This document shows positions 1 to 14,337 of a stretch of DNA of 64,000 nt, in pieces. The notes under the pieces are model-generated. The model made no database searches. It worked only from the letters and a program-made list of their open reading frames with translations, and was not told the origin of the DNA. Both the position numbers and the translations under genes were made by a program. The stretch lies in contig NC_043008.1 in the NCBI RefSeq assembly GCF_006345805.1, positions 16,492,001 to 16,556,000 on the forward strand, given 5' to 3'. Source of the stretch: Octopus sinensis (taxonomy: Eukaryota). How positions within the stretch are numbered: position 1 is the stretch's first letter; each line of letters starts with the position of its first letter.

Positions 1-302
1 CAATTTAATCAAATCGTCAGTGAAAGTAGTTTTCTGTCTCCCCGTAGAGAAAGGAAAATTTAAACGTGTGGACCGTTGCCAGTTGCCATCTGAAATCTCC
101 ATCACCAATGCCACTCAGGACTGTATATATGATGTGGAAAGAGGCAAAACAAATATTATTACACTCGTGTTTCTTTTCGTATTATCATTATTGTTATTAT
201 AATTATAATTACAATTACAATTATTATTATTTTTATTATTATTATTGCTAATATTATGATTGTTATTTCTATGTATATAATTATATATGTATATACATAT
301 GG

Positions 303-635
303 TGGAAGCACTCCGTCGGTTACGACGACGAGGGTTCCGGTTGATCCGAATCAACGGAACAGCCTGCTCGTGAAATTAACGTGTAAGTGGCTGAGCACTC
401 CACAGACACGTGTACCATTAACGTAGTTCTCGGGGATATTCAGCGTGACACAGAGAGTGACAAGGCCGGCCCTTTGAAATACAGGTACAATATATACAGG
501 AAGTAAGAGTGAGAGAAAGTTGTGGTGAAAGATTACAGCAGGGATCACCACCATCCCCTGCAGGAGCCTCGTGGAGCTTTAGGTGTTTTCGCTTAATATC
601 GGTTGTTAAGCGGTGGTGGTAGACAAAGCCACAAT

Positions 636-674
<39 letters not shown>

Positions 675-725
675 TCCTATGACCGCGAGTCCGCTGCCCT
701 AACCACTGGGCCATTGCGCCTCCAC
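303..725 (-). mobile_element. tRNA-derived SINE, family A, internally chimeric copy
   Basis: Minus-strand head GTGGAGGCGCAATGGCCCAGTGGTTAGGGCAGCGGACTC has an A-box-like motif. The body is near-identical to 53805-54191. Flanked by the 12-bp direct repeat GTATATACATAT (289-300 and 726-737). Confidence 0.85.
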
Positions 726-988
726 GTATATACATATACCTATATACTCTATGTGTGAACAGTATATACCTAATGCACACACGCATATGTAATGTAAGTG
801 TAGCTATCTGAATAAATGTATTTTTCTGTTCTGTTTTATGTGGGTGTATTTGTTCATGTATATAGACGGAAATACATGTGAGAGAGTATAAGTTCATACA
901 AAGCATATATTCTAGAATAGGCAGTTATAAATAATTCGTTTGCTCCGCAATTTTACCCAAGTCAGGATATTCTTATGAATATATATAT

Positions 989-992
989 ATAT

Positions 993-1041
<49 letters not shown>

Positions 1042-1148
1042 CAGATGCCTTACACACACAAACATACACACACACAGAGTTGTGTGTATATGTGCGTATG
1101 TCAGTGTATGCGTTTGCAGGCATATATATCTATATCTATATCTATCTC

Positions 1149-1214
<66 letters not shown>

Positions 1215-1310
1215 ATATGTACATATATATATACACATACACATATATATATATATATATATATTTATATGCATATACATATATATACGTACATATAAAT
1301 ATATATGTAT

Positions 1311-1362
<52 letters not shown>

Positions 1363-1397
1363 AACACATGTGTATGTATATATATATACATACACAT

Positions 1398-1428
<31 letters not shown>

Positions 1429-1460
1429 AATATGTATATACATAAACACACACATGCATA
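989..1460. repeat. compound (TA)n/(CA)n/(CT)n microsatellite
   Basis: Seen directly. It explains the overlapping IYIY ORFs. Confidence 0.95.
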
Positions 1461-2726
1461 TATCTATAGGCACATACAAATTGTACCCCAGTGACACCAG
1501 ATACACAGAGGAATAGATACGCGCATATATACTTATCTTGTGCGTGCGTGTTTGTGGGTGTGCGTGTGTGTGTGTGTGTCTCTGTGTGTGGGTGTGCGTG
1601 TGTGTGTGTGTTCATGCGTAGCTGTTGAAGAGTATATGAAATGTGCCACACTACCGCATTTTTGCATAATAGGTAAAATGCACCGCTTCACAGCTAAACT
1701 ATATAATAAACCAAACATACTTATATATAAAGTATTAAATTAGCCAGAAGGTTTTTGTTGAATAATATCCAACAATCATGAGGAAACATCTTCGATTTCC
1801 CAACAATGTATAATATAATATAATATTAAACAACAAACGAAGTGAAACAAGAAGAGGAAGGAAAAAGAAACAACATCAGGTTTAACCCTGACGTGATAAT
1901 ATCAAAGAAATACGTAGAGAAGTAGATTTGGCCAAAAGTAAATTAGAGAAAATGTAACTAAGTGCGTTTTAGCTCTGATGTGTAGAAATAATAATGGCAC
2001 AGTGTTAAATAATTTGAGTGAGTATAAGTATAAATACAGTAAGGTGGGTGAATTAAGTGGCGGAAAGGTAGATGCGAGCAAGTGAACTTGGAATAGAAGA
2101 GAAAGAAGTGTAAGGCTTTGTTAGCGAACGTCGTTATTGTATTGGAGAGGCTTGTTTGTACCTTTGCTATTTTTTTCCTTGCTCTGTCCTTTATAGAAAA
2201 AAGCAAGACTGGTTGAATTCAAAATATCTATTAGTTTATCCATCTATCCCTCTATGCAACGAATACCCACTCTCTCTGATTCTGTGAGCGCGTAAGTATA
2301 TATATATATATAAATATATACATATATATATATATATACATACATACATACATACACACATATATGTATACATATATATGTATGTATTTATATATATATG
2401 TATATATGCATACATTTATTTATGTAGGGGATGTATATATACACATATATACATACATACATGCATACATATATATATATATATATATCTAATATATATT
2501 ATATATATATACATACATACATACATAAATGTGTGTGCGTGTTTTGTTCCTTTATCAGAAATAATTCGTTCGTGTGTCTAATCAAACATTCGCGTTCACA
2601 ACCTACAACTGACCCGAGAGAAAAGAAACAAAATATTCCAGTTTGAATAAAATTTATTCAGCTTCCATTCCACCAAAAATATTCATGATTCTTTGTATTA
2701 ATATATGACACCATTCATATAACATC

Positions 2727-2730
2727 TATA

Positions 2731-2819
<89 letters not shown>

Positions 2820-2845
2820 ATCTATCTACTTATCTATCTATCTTT
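2727..2845. repeat. (TATC)n microsatellite
   Basis: Seen directly. Confidence 0.95.
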
Positions 2846-2954
2846 ATTTATTTTTATCTATCTCCATGTATGTTGCTTGACTAACTCTTGTGTGTGACCC
2901 TGGTATTTTTTCATTATTCCATAGCTAGGACCATATGTAAAAACAAAATTGTTA

Positions 2955-3250
2955 ACATGCTGGAGCACCGCCTTGCAGTCGAGCAAATCGAACCTAGGAA
3001 GTATTCTTTGTAAGCTTAGAGCTTATTCTATCGATCTCTCTTGGCGAAGTGCTAAGTGACGATGACGTATACACACCAGCATCAGGTGTCAAGCGATGTC
3101 GGGGGGATAAACAGACACACAAACATATATATCAAATCCACTCACACGGTTTTGGTCGGCTCAAGGCTATAGTAAAAGATGTGCCACGCAGTGGGACTCT
3201 AAACCCGGAACCATGTGGTTGGTGTACCTGCTACTTACCCCACAATCCAT
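2955..3250 (-). mobile_element. tRNA-derived SINE, family B (CORE-like), diverged
   Basis: Colinear with 54296-54703 (catgctggagcaccgcc...ggaaccatgtggttgg). Confidence 0.8.
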
Positions 3251-3252
3251 AT

Positions 3253-3305
<53 letters not shown>

Positions 3306-3719
3306 ATATATATTAATATTATATATACATATACATTATACATATACATATATATATATATAATATTACATATATAATATATATACACACATACATACAT
3401 ACACATACATACACATACATACACATACATACACACACATACATACACATACATACACACACACGCACTCACACAAGACACACACAAACACACACAAACA
3501 CACACACTCGCACACACACGCACACGCATCCAAATACATTGTAGAAACATGGGATGGAAGTGGTGGGATTTAAAGATACACTACATATTGTCTCAAATAA
3601 TCTGCATTAAATATCGGCAAGCCTGCTAGAAACTATAGTCTTGTTTTACGGTTCAATGATTCTTTCATTATGCAAATATGTGTATATTATGCACAGGTTA
3701 CAGAAAACATAAAACTCAT

Positions 3720-4790
3720 CCGTTAGTGACTTTAGGAAGATCCATCTTTCAAAGAATTGGACAAATATTTTTGAATTCATTTGCTTGGTGAAAGGAGAGA
3801 TGCCGTTCACTTATAATTTGTCGTCCCTCCACTGTCGGTTTTGCTGTTGTCATTAATGTACATATTTTTAAGTCAACGTCTTCCGAAGAGATACACGTAT
3901 GGTGGAAATTCCAGAGAGCCTATTTCCTTGAAAGTAAGACCTGGGGTCCTAATTAGCGCTGTTCAATGGCATTAAACACAAAAATGGTGACGAGTGAAAG
4001 ATTAGGTGTGAGATAAGAATCTCTAGCTGGATGAGACATGAGGCCTTCCATCTTCGAGTTGCAGAGTTCATTAAAGCAGTGCTAAAAATGGTCGGAACAT
4101 GAAGAAGAAATACGAGTCTCAGGCTTGTGGATGAGGGTGTGTGAGTAGAAAAATAAATCGATCCGGCGATGTTTTACTGAGCTGAGTAGCGTTTGAGTTC
4201 CTGCTCTTCAAATAGACGACATTGAGTTACTCATTTTTGCAGTATATTTTAGAAGTCTCTATTCACATAAAAAAAGGTTTGAGGATTGTTGTTTCGGTTG
4301 AGAAGGATTAATTCGTAGTTTGATAATGCTAAGGAGAAATTATAGGTTGTGCTGGATGTAGTGATGTGTTATTCATCGGTGTGTTGAAAAGGATGGGTGA
4401 ACAAAATCGAATCCTGTTACATACTGATTGACGGAATTGTTGTCTCAGAACTTCCTGTACACAGCATGAATTTCTGATAGTACATTTTCAAGTGCAAACA
4501 AGATTGAAAACTTGGACGATGCCCAGTTTGACAACATTGCTTCCAACAAATTCCTCTAAGGTAAGAGGATATTGGCGCCAGTGAAATGAGTGTAGGTTAC
4601 TAATGGATCAAGTGTGACGGAATTAGTATGGATGGTCAGTAAAGATAGTGAGAGATCGAAGACTTTTACGATTTGTAGGACTTTGTTCTTTATGGCTGTC
4701 TACAGTAATTCACATACATTAGGAATGCAATAATGCGGTATTTGGCAAGGTCAGAGAGTTTGACTTGTTTTTCGGATGGGACACAATGTT
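3720..4790 (-). mobile_element. possible heavily decayed non-LTR retrotransposon fragment
   Basis: Microsatellite-free block with A/C-rich minus strand. The interrupted minus-frame peptide ...SHPARDSYLTPNLSLVTIFVFNAIEQR loosely resembles the post-RT region of RLE-type LINEs. No intact motif. Confidence 0.3.
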
Positions 4791-5525
4791 GAGTATATCT
4801 AAATATCGGGATAGATATTTGCACCTTGGGAGTAAATGTGCAAATATCTATCTTGATATATATCAGGACTAACTTTAGGGAAAAATATGTGAAAGCCTGG
4901 CAAGGAGCAGCTTCGAATATAATACTAGTGCATTTGATGTAATTAAATGTGTTCCCGCATTTTATGTGTGCACGGGTGCAATGAAGAAGGCGTGACTAAA
5001 TGAGGTAGTGACAGAATTATGGGAGATTCACCGAGCATGCGTGATACAGAGTAGTATACAATGCAGACAACAAATGCACGTTTTTTTGTGCACCTTACCA
5101 ACAAAATCTGCACGACGAGTAACTGGGCATATATTAGGGCCAATCAGAATAAATTTCCTTATTGATACACATATAAACACACAAGCACACATTTAACTCT
5201 CAGTGTAATATGATTTTAATGCATATGGGCAACTTCGTTAGAAGTATTAGCAAGCCATGCAATGAAATACTAGTATCATTTTATCATCTCAGTTTAATAT
5301 GATAACACAACATATGTGTTAAGTGGTGCAGATGTTCGCCTCTTGTATTCTTCGCTTTCTATAACTCACATTATTTTAACTGCTGAAGGGAGGCAAGAAA
5401 AACATATCTGATATCCTTTTGCTCGTAAACCCCTCAGGAGAGATATTTTCAATTCGTTTTACAATGTAGCTCCGTAAAACAACCATCAATGCATATGTAT
5501 ATACATACAAGCATGTGTGTATACG

Positions 5526-5582
<57 letters not shown>

Positions 5583-6066
5583 AACATGTGTGTGTGTGTA
5601 TGTATATGTATATATATGTATATATATAACATGTGTGTGTGTCTATATGTATATAATATATATATATGTATATATGTATACGTAATCTCATGGTTTCTTT
5701 CTCAAACACACACATATATAGGGTTATGTAGAGAGAAAGGGGGAAGAGAAAGGCAGAGAGAGGGAAAGAGGGAAAGAGGTGGGGAGAGAAATTATAATGG
5801 TAATTTAAATCAAATACAAGAATATAAATTGATTGATGTAGGCAATATGAATATAATATATCACAGAAATGTTTATGTTTACGATGTTGTGGAATATAGA
5901 TGTGTGTATATACATACATTAAAGTATACACGTCTCTTATCGAGATTTTAACTTCAAATATCTACTACCGAAAAGGAATAAATAGAGTTAAGCCTTAGAT
6001 TAGTGGAGCGCATCGTTCGTTACGAGGCTGCGTAGGAACATATATCAAACCTTATAACTATGAAGG

Positions 6067-6117
<51 letters not shown>

Positions 6118-7309
6118 GTATATATATAATGTATATATATATGTATATGTATATATATATACATATATATATATATATGAACATATATATATATAATTGT
6201 ATATACATATATATATGTATATATATATACATATATATATATTATATTTATATATACATACGTACTTGTGTATATGTTTACATATGCATGTATAGTATAT
6301 ATACACACATACAGAGACACACACACACACACATAAGCACACGCACACACAAACACACAAATATTTACATACAGCAATTTACTATATTTGTAACTATTTA
6401 AGAGTTTATGTATATATATGGTATTTATATTAGATTTATGTTGACGTATATTTCATATTGAAATTTTATACTCAACACAGAAGTACTTACACACAAACGC
6501 AAACATGTAGTAAAACAGCCATCCATATCGGAGTGTATATATGAAACATAACTATAGAGACATCGAGAAACAGATTCACATAAATTGTGTAGATTTACAT
6601 GAATACAAAGTTATATATCGACACTGATATAGACTATACATACGCATATAATGTGTGTTTGTATGTATATTTGTATGCATGTATGTATTTATGTATGTGT
6701 GTGTGAGAGGTTTTGTATGTGCATATGTAGGCATGCGTGCTTGTGTGTATGTAAGAACATATGTAGCCGTGTATGTATGAGTGCTTGTCTATAAGTATGT
6801 TTGTATGTATATATCTATGTATGCATTATGCACGTCCGCATGTCTGAATGCATGTTTGTATGCGTGTAAGTATGTATGCGTATAAGTATGTATGTGTGTG
6901 TAGGTATCTTTGCATGTATGTATGTACACACGAATGTATGTATTCGTGTGTATTATATTATGTATGTATGTATGTAGGTGTCTTTTAGTATGTATATGCT
7001 TAAGCATGCATGCACGCAGTTATGTATGCATGTATGCGTGTATGTATGTATGTATGCTTGTATGTATGTACGTATTATGAACGTATGTATAGTGCTGTAA
7101 CAAGCAGAATACAGTCATTTGAATAAATACACAACGAATGATCAAAAGAAGCGAAACAATTAATGTCATAACATTTATTTCATACAGGGAAGTATTCAGT
7201 CAAACATGAAGAATATTTCTAAGGTGATCCGTGACTATTCATATAGAATGATCAATTAATATTAACAACATTCGTTTTCTCCACGTGTATAAATACATAC
7301 ATACATACA

Positions 7310-7340
<31 letters not shown>

Positions 7341-7449
7341 GCATACAGTATGCTCACTTAATCACTCATACACACGCATACAACCAAGTGTTTACTCTGT
7401 CTGTCTCACTTCCTGTATCTCTATGATTCTGTCTCCCACAAACGTGTGC

Positions 7450-7458
7450 ACATGTGTG

Positions 7459-7499
<41 letters not shown>

Positions 7500-7629
7500 T
7501 ATATAGAGAGATAGAGATGAGAGAGAGAGTAGAGAGAGATGGTAGATGATAGATAGATAGATAGATGGATAGATAGATAGATAGACATATAGTTAGATAG
7601 ATTAGATAGATAGATAGATATATAGTTAA

Positions 7630-7726
<97 letters not shown>

Positions 7727-7740
7727 CAGACAGGTAGGTG
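7450..7740. repeat. (TA)n/(GA)n/(GATA)n compound microsatellite
   Basis: Seen directly. Confidence 0.95.
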
Positions 7741-8329
7741 GATAGCAAGACGAATAGCTACTGACATGTATTTTGAAACTATGATTCCGTAAGCCGTAGA
7801 AATGTAGTGAAATGTAACATATTTAAAAAATTGCTGAATGCAGCATTTTTTAAAATTATGAACTTATACGTATTAGAAGAAAGAAAACAAAATATATATT
7901 ACAATGCATTTATTGGAAGACAAATGGAGAGCTGCACACAATTAATCGACTTGTAGAAACTACAGATAATTTCAATTATGTCTTTTACGGACAAAATAAA
8001 GCATGAATATTTATTGAGAAGATCTAGGGGAATGAGAACGTCTGTGATTTTACTCGTGAAAGCCTTGGAACATATTTTACTTGGATCGGTTCTGAGGTCT
8101 TGAAAATCATCGATATCTTATTTTTGTGAGTTCATTGACATTTTGTCCCTTTTACAGGAGTATTTTGGCGATCGTTTATAATAAAATTTCTTCCCTTGTC
8201 ACTTTTACTTATATTTGCCATATGTTGTTACTCGTTCTATTCCTGCATACTAAAAATGGAGGAAATTTTCGGTGACGTGAATGAAGGAAATCGTAAACAG
8301 TGAACTGGCTTTATTACAGTTATTTCTCT

Positions 8330-8703
8330 GCGGCCATGCTCTTGCACCACCTTGAAAGGTTTCACTCCAAGAAATTGAGCCCAGGAGTTACCCTTTTTAA
8401 GCCTAATTCTTATTCTATTATTCGCTTTTGCTGAACTGCTAATTTATGACATGAACACACCAACATCGGTTGTCAATTGACGTTGGAGGGGACAATCACA
8501 GACGGAGATACACACACACAAACAAGTATACATATATATATATATGTTTGTATGTGTGTGTGTGTGTGTATGTGTGTATATGACGGGATTTTTTACAGTT
8601 TCCGACAATTAAATTCACTCAGAAGGCTTTAATCGGCTCGAGGTTATGGTAGAAGACACTTGTCCCAAATACCACGGAGTGGGACTGAACCCGGAACCGT
8701 GCG
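8330..8703 (-). mobile_element. family B SINE, old diverged copy
   Basis: gcggccatgc...catcggttgtcaa...gggactgaacccggaacc match the family B copy at 54296-54703. Confidence 0.7.
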
Positions 8704-9369
8704 CCTTTGTTTAAATTAGCCAAAATAATAGAAAGGAAATTATTAAGTATTCTGCAGAAGGATTATAGGCATCACAAGAAACCTGTTTTAGAAATAAACT
8801 TAAGGCAAGTTCGATGCAGCATCTATCATAATTTCCACTGCTTCAAACGTTCAAGAAATAACTGCTGGAATTTACGCCGAGACACTGATATTCATATATC
8901 ACGTACAACAAATTGATGTCAAACGTCTATTTTAGTAACTTTATTTTCCATGTTAAGCACTAAATAAATAAAAGGATTTTCTCCATATATTTCATATACA
9001 CACATATGTTGTTTGTTTCTTTTGTTCACTAGCTTAATAGCAATCTTTCAAGAAAACACATGACATCTAATTCACATTTTAAGTTTAAGTAATCTCATGT
9101 AAGTACTTATGTATAAATGACAACATATGAATATATAGATATGTGTGTGGTGTATGTCCGTACGCGTGCATGTACATAGTTATTTGCAGGTTTCCAAAGT
9201 GTTTATATAAACCTATGTTGTTATAGAAAATGTATAAGTTCATTTACAATTTTCTATGCAGTCATACATATTTTAAAAACATATTTTTTTTAATGCTTTC
9301 ACTTCATAAAATATTAAAACTTGAAACAATTATTATATCAACTATTATTGATGTTGCTGTTGTTGGCAT

Positions 9370-9570
9370 TATTGTTATTCATATTATTACTATTATAATT
9401 ATTATTATTCTTATTATTATTATCATTATTATTATTATTAATATTATTATCATCATCATCATCATTATTATTATTATTTTATTATTATTATTATCATTAT
9501 TATTATTATTATTATCATTATTATTATTATTATCATTATTATTATTATTTTATTATTATTATTATTATTA

Positions 9571-9632
<62 letters not shown>

Positions 9633-9637
9633 TATTA

Positions 9638-9674
<37 letters not shown>

Positions 9675-9680
9675 ATTATT

Positions 9681-9718
<38 letters not shown>

Positions 9719-9780
9719 TATTATTATTATTTTATTATTATTATTATTATCATTATTATCATTATTATCATCATTATTAT
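9370..9780. repeat. about 400-bp (ATT)n/(ATC)n trinucleotide array
   Basis: Seen directly. Confidence 0.95.
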
Positions 9781-10204
9781 CTTCAAGTTCATAATCATCT
9801 TCATAATCACCATCGACATAATCATTTTATATTGTTAGCAATAATCTCATGTTGAATTGGATTTTCGTGTGATGAAATTTTTCAATGCGTAAAAATTTTA
9901 AGGCTTTTTTTATCTTTTTTCTCTTCACCAAACTATTCAAGACGAAACATTTTCGTAGGTTGAGATGAGTTAAATAATAAAAATACATATCTGCAAAATG
10001 AAAATTTCATTTTACTTCCGAATAAAACACGTAATCAGTCCCACATTTTCCCATATTTCAAGAGACAAATCGGAAGACTGAGGTTGAAGCCGTATTCATA
10101 AAATTAAAAGAGACTGAATTTTTCCAGGAAAGAATCTCTCAGTATGCACAGACACACTGACACACACACACACCACCCATATATAATAAAGCAAACATAC
10201 ATTC

Positions 10205-10226
10205 CTACATATATATGTATGTAATA

Positions 10227-10290
<64 letters not shown>

Positions 10291-10292
10291 TA

Positions 10293-10325
<33 letters not shown>

Positions 10326-10456
10326 TATATAGATATATATATATATAGTATATATATATAATATATATATAATATATATAATATATATATATATATACAG
10401 TTATATATATAATATATATATATATATATATGTATGTATATATATATATATATATA

Positions 10457-10509
<53 letters not shown>

Positions 10510-10566
10510 GATATATATATATATATGCACATAAATATATATATATGTATGTATGGATGTATATAT

Positions 10567-10608
<42 letters not shown>

Positions 10609-10640
10609 CATGTATGTATGCATGTATATATGTATACATA
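10205..10640. repeat. long interrupted (TA)n tract
   Basis: Seen directly. Confidence 0.95.
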
Positions 10641-11211
10641 TTTAGTTATTTATCTATAGATAGATACTTAATGGTTAGAAAGATATATATGTATGTATGT
10701 ATATTTACATATGTGTGTGTGTCTTTGTATGTGACTTGAAGTATACGTGAGCGTTCATATGCTCATATGCTCATACACAAACATATGCATGCACGAACAT
10801 ATATAACATGAAATTATGCTCTATTATATAGCAAGCAGAATTTTGAAGGATGAATTTGAAGAATGGATTGTTTCAGATTCATGTAAGTTTTCATTGAATA
10901 GACGATAATTGCCGATAGATGGCAGTTACTTAACTCTGGACTTCCATCATTTCGAGGAAAAACGAATTTGCGAGGATATTGACGATAATATAAAATATTT
11001 AGTCCTATTCATGTGAGCGCACATATACAGATTCATTGATGCAAGCAATGAGATATTCGCCATAGATATATGAAGACGCACATGAGACTGTGCACACGGA
11101 TATGTGTGAAGATATAACGTTTTTGTCTATATGCATATAGGTACGTATGTGTATGCGTGTGCACATGTGTGTGTGTATGCATGTAGGTTTGTATATACTC
11201 GTATATAGGGG

Positions 11212-11370
11212 CAGGCGTGTGTGTGTGGTAGGACGTTTTCGTCCCAACTGCTTGGTTCCTGGTTCAATCTCACTGCGGGCCAACTTAGGTAAATGTCTTT
11301 TGCTATAGTCTTGGGTCGACTAAACCCTTCTGAGTAGATTTCATAGACAGAAACTGAGAGAAGCCCGTTG
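11212..11370 (+). mobile_element. family B SINE 5' half, diverged
   Basis: tRNA-like head gtgtggtagg...ggttcaatctcactgcg followed by gacagaaactgagagaagcccg. Confidence 0.7.
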
Positions 11371-11492
11371 AACACACACACACACACACTCACACACACA
11401 CACATGTATGTAATGTATGTGTATGTATGTATAGCTGGATACAGACAGGGAGAGAGACAGACATAAATGTATATAGAGATATATATTTATGT

Positions 11493-11536
<44 letters not shown>

Positions 11537-11574
11537 ATATAGCATATATATATATATATATATATAAATATATA

Positions 11575-11621
<47 letters not shown>

Positions 11622-12464
11622 ACAGAAGTATCTACAGAAGAAGATAAAAGATGATAAAAGAATGTCTGGGAAATATTACAGAAAAACGAAATATATACTT
11701 ATCTCATTTATGTCATGCAGTAATGATATGTAACGTATGATAAAGTGGAAGCAATATCCTAATTATATAGGCAGTTACTTATATTTTATACAACGCAGAC
11801 CAATACATATGCTCCCTTGAAATTGTTTAAACGTATGTAGTATATATATATATATATATATAAATATGTATATATATATATATATATATATCATATATAT
11901 CTAATATATATATATATATGTATTTGTTGCATGCTTCTGAGAAAAATGTATGTCTGACAAAAATGAAAGAGAAAGAGAAATTTCTTAGTCTACAGATGTT
12001 GAAGGATGCGGACATTACTAAATGGGGGAAAAAATTATTTTCTCAACAAAGCAGTCACAGTTCCGATAAAACAAAGTAATGTGGCTGTTAAGCAATGGCT
12101 TCGACCATATTATCAGTTTGACGAATGGATCCCCGTGAAAGATTGAAGACTGCGAAAACAAGGAAGCTAGTACTAAACGCACTCACACACACACACACAC
12201 ACACACATACACATACACATATGTTCTTTTATATCTTTATATGTTTTAGCTCTTAGTCTATGGCCATGCTGGTGCATCGAATGTATGTTCTTTGTTTGTT
12301 CACCTGTTGGCTGCGATTTGATACTCTAGAGATGACCATCTCCAAGTGTCGGTTGATTAATACACCCGAAAATCATAGTCAACATCTGACAGTTTCATAG
12401 GTTCATTTCCAGCGCGTCAGACTCATGCCGACTGCTTAACGGGCAAAGCACATACATACATTGT

Positions 12465-12507
<43 letters not shown>

Positions 12508-12755
12508 TATATATAAAGTTTAATCAGATATTAATTTAAATCACTGTTTCATAATTCACACATTATTCGCACATTACATGGTAACATACTGCTATGAAGT
12601 TATATTTCGTCAGATTGATGGACAAGCTATGTGGATTTCGAAAATTAAGTGGGTGAACGTTCGAATCCCCTGCGTAGTAACCCCCAATTTTTCTCCATAC
12701 GGTGTTTATATACCCTAATTGGCTATTTCCTTAAGTTGGTAGACTAAAGTTCATT

Positions 12756-12823
<68 letters not shown>

Positions 12824-13605
12824 AAGGGATGTGCTATGATTTGAATTTAGAACATCGATGGATTTTAATTAATAAGTTAAGGCATTTAGTTCCACTCAAT
12901 CTGTAGTGTTTGCATTTACAAACAACCAGAACTATAAATTATGTTATTAATGCTACACAGAGCGTAATTTAATCTGAATATATTTTGATATTTCCTTGGC
13001 TATGATTTTCTGAAATCGTAGAATATTCAGTATAATATTATATGTCGGTTAAATTTATATGCGTTTTGACCTAGGCTTTCCTTTGTCAAACATTAAGTCA
13101 CTCAAATAATACATACTTATCTTTAGCTAAATCTTCCATATTTTCTCCGTGAATAGATTCCGTAGGATATAGTTTGATATGTATGGCATAATGTTGAAAT
13201 AAATCTTTAACAAATATTCAGAGGTTAGTTGTTATTGTATACTTTGTATTTAGTAAAAGAAGCTTTATATTATAAATTCCTACCGGGGAACTAAATATTG
13301 CCGAAGCATGATGTAAGTCAAACACTGACATTGATGTTATCAACAGAATTTAGTATTTACAGTTAAATCCATATAGAAATGAATCAACATAGCAAAAAAT
13401 GATATTCTTTTTCGATTTGATTCTAATGGAAATTTCTGTAAAAGTAAGCTTTTTGTATCAAATCAAAACAGCTACGTACATGATATAAACAGCTGTTTGT
13501 GCAAAACACGTTGTTTATTTTCGATTTAATCATGTCAAATAAAGGAGACGAGCGCCCTCTTCAAATCGCATGATTTGAATATTTTTACGAGAGACACTTT
13601 GCTTA

Positions 13606-13606
<1 letters not shown>

Positions 13607-13638
<32 letters not shown>

Positions 13639-13661
13639 CACGACCACTACCACTGCCACTG

Positions 13662-13707
<46 letters not shown>

Positions 13708-13745
13708 ACTACTACTACTACTAATACTACTACTACTACTACTAA
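13607..13745. repeat. (CTA)n microsatellite
   Basis: Seen directly. Confidence 0.95.
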
Positions 13746-14134
13746 CTCAAATAAATTTTACGAAGTTATGCAAATGGTTTCAGTTTCAAGGATAGTATTT
13801 TAACTAGATTTATTCAATAAGCAGCAAAAAATCAAGTTTTTTGCCCACCATTTTGCCCAGCGTGCTAACGCTTCTGCCAGCTCTCCGCCTTTATCGACTT
13901 CCAAAATATAAAATGCAGGGTGGGCTTCTGTGACACTTTAACTGAGAACGTAAAGAGCTGGGAGAAATGACGCCGGTCATTTTGGTTTTACTTTCTGTTT
14001 CTCCCAGGTCACTGTCCTTACAATTCTCATAATAATCCATTCTACTATAATTAGGAAGCCTGAAATTTTCTCGTAGCCATGTTAGTCGATTACATCACTA
14101 ACAGTATTTAGCTGCTACTTATGTTATCAACCCA

Positions 14135-14236
14135 GAAATGATGAAACGTAAAGTCGACCTCGGCGGAATTTGAACTTAGAACTTAAAGAGCCGGAAGAAA
14201 TGTCGCTGAACATCTTAGTTTTTTTTCGTTTTATTA

Positions 14237-14292
<56 letters not shown>

Positions 14293-14337
14293 GTATCATA
14301 TTTGACATTCCAACAGTTCTGCCAGCTCGCTGCCTTT
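14135..14337 (-). mobile_element. family C SINE interrupted by an (ATT)n tract
   Basis: aaagtcgacctcggcggaatttgaact and ctgccagctcgctgcct lie on either side of the (ATT)n tract. Confidence 0.7.

Noticed and set aside
418-906. ORFs such as ...HLKLHEAPAGDGGDPCC (also 53853-54107) and MDPRDLFF/MPKLPRSRTEPG ORFs
   Set aside because: The similarity between these ORFs comes from SINE copies, not from a protein family.
10839-10882. 44-nt micro-exon (ILKDEFEEWIVSDS) with a gtaagt donor
   Set aside because: The acceptor lacks a pyrimidine tract and the peptide is too short to assess.
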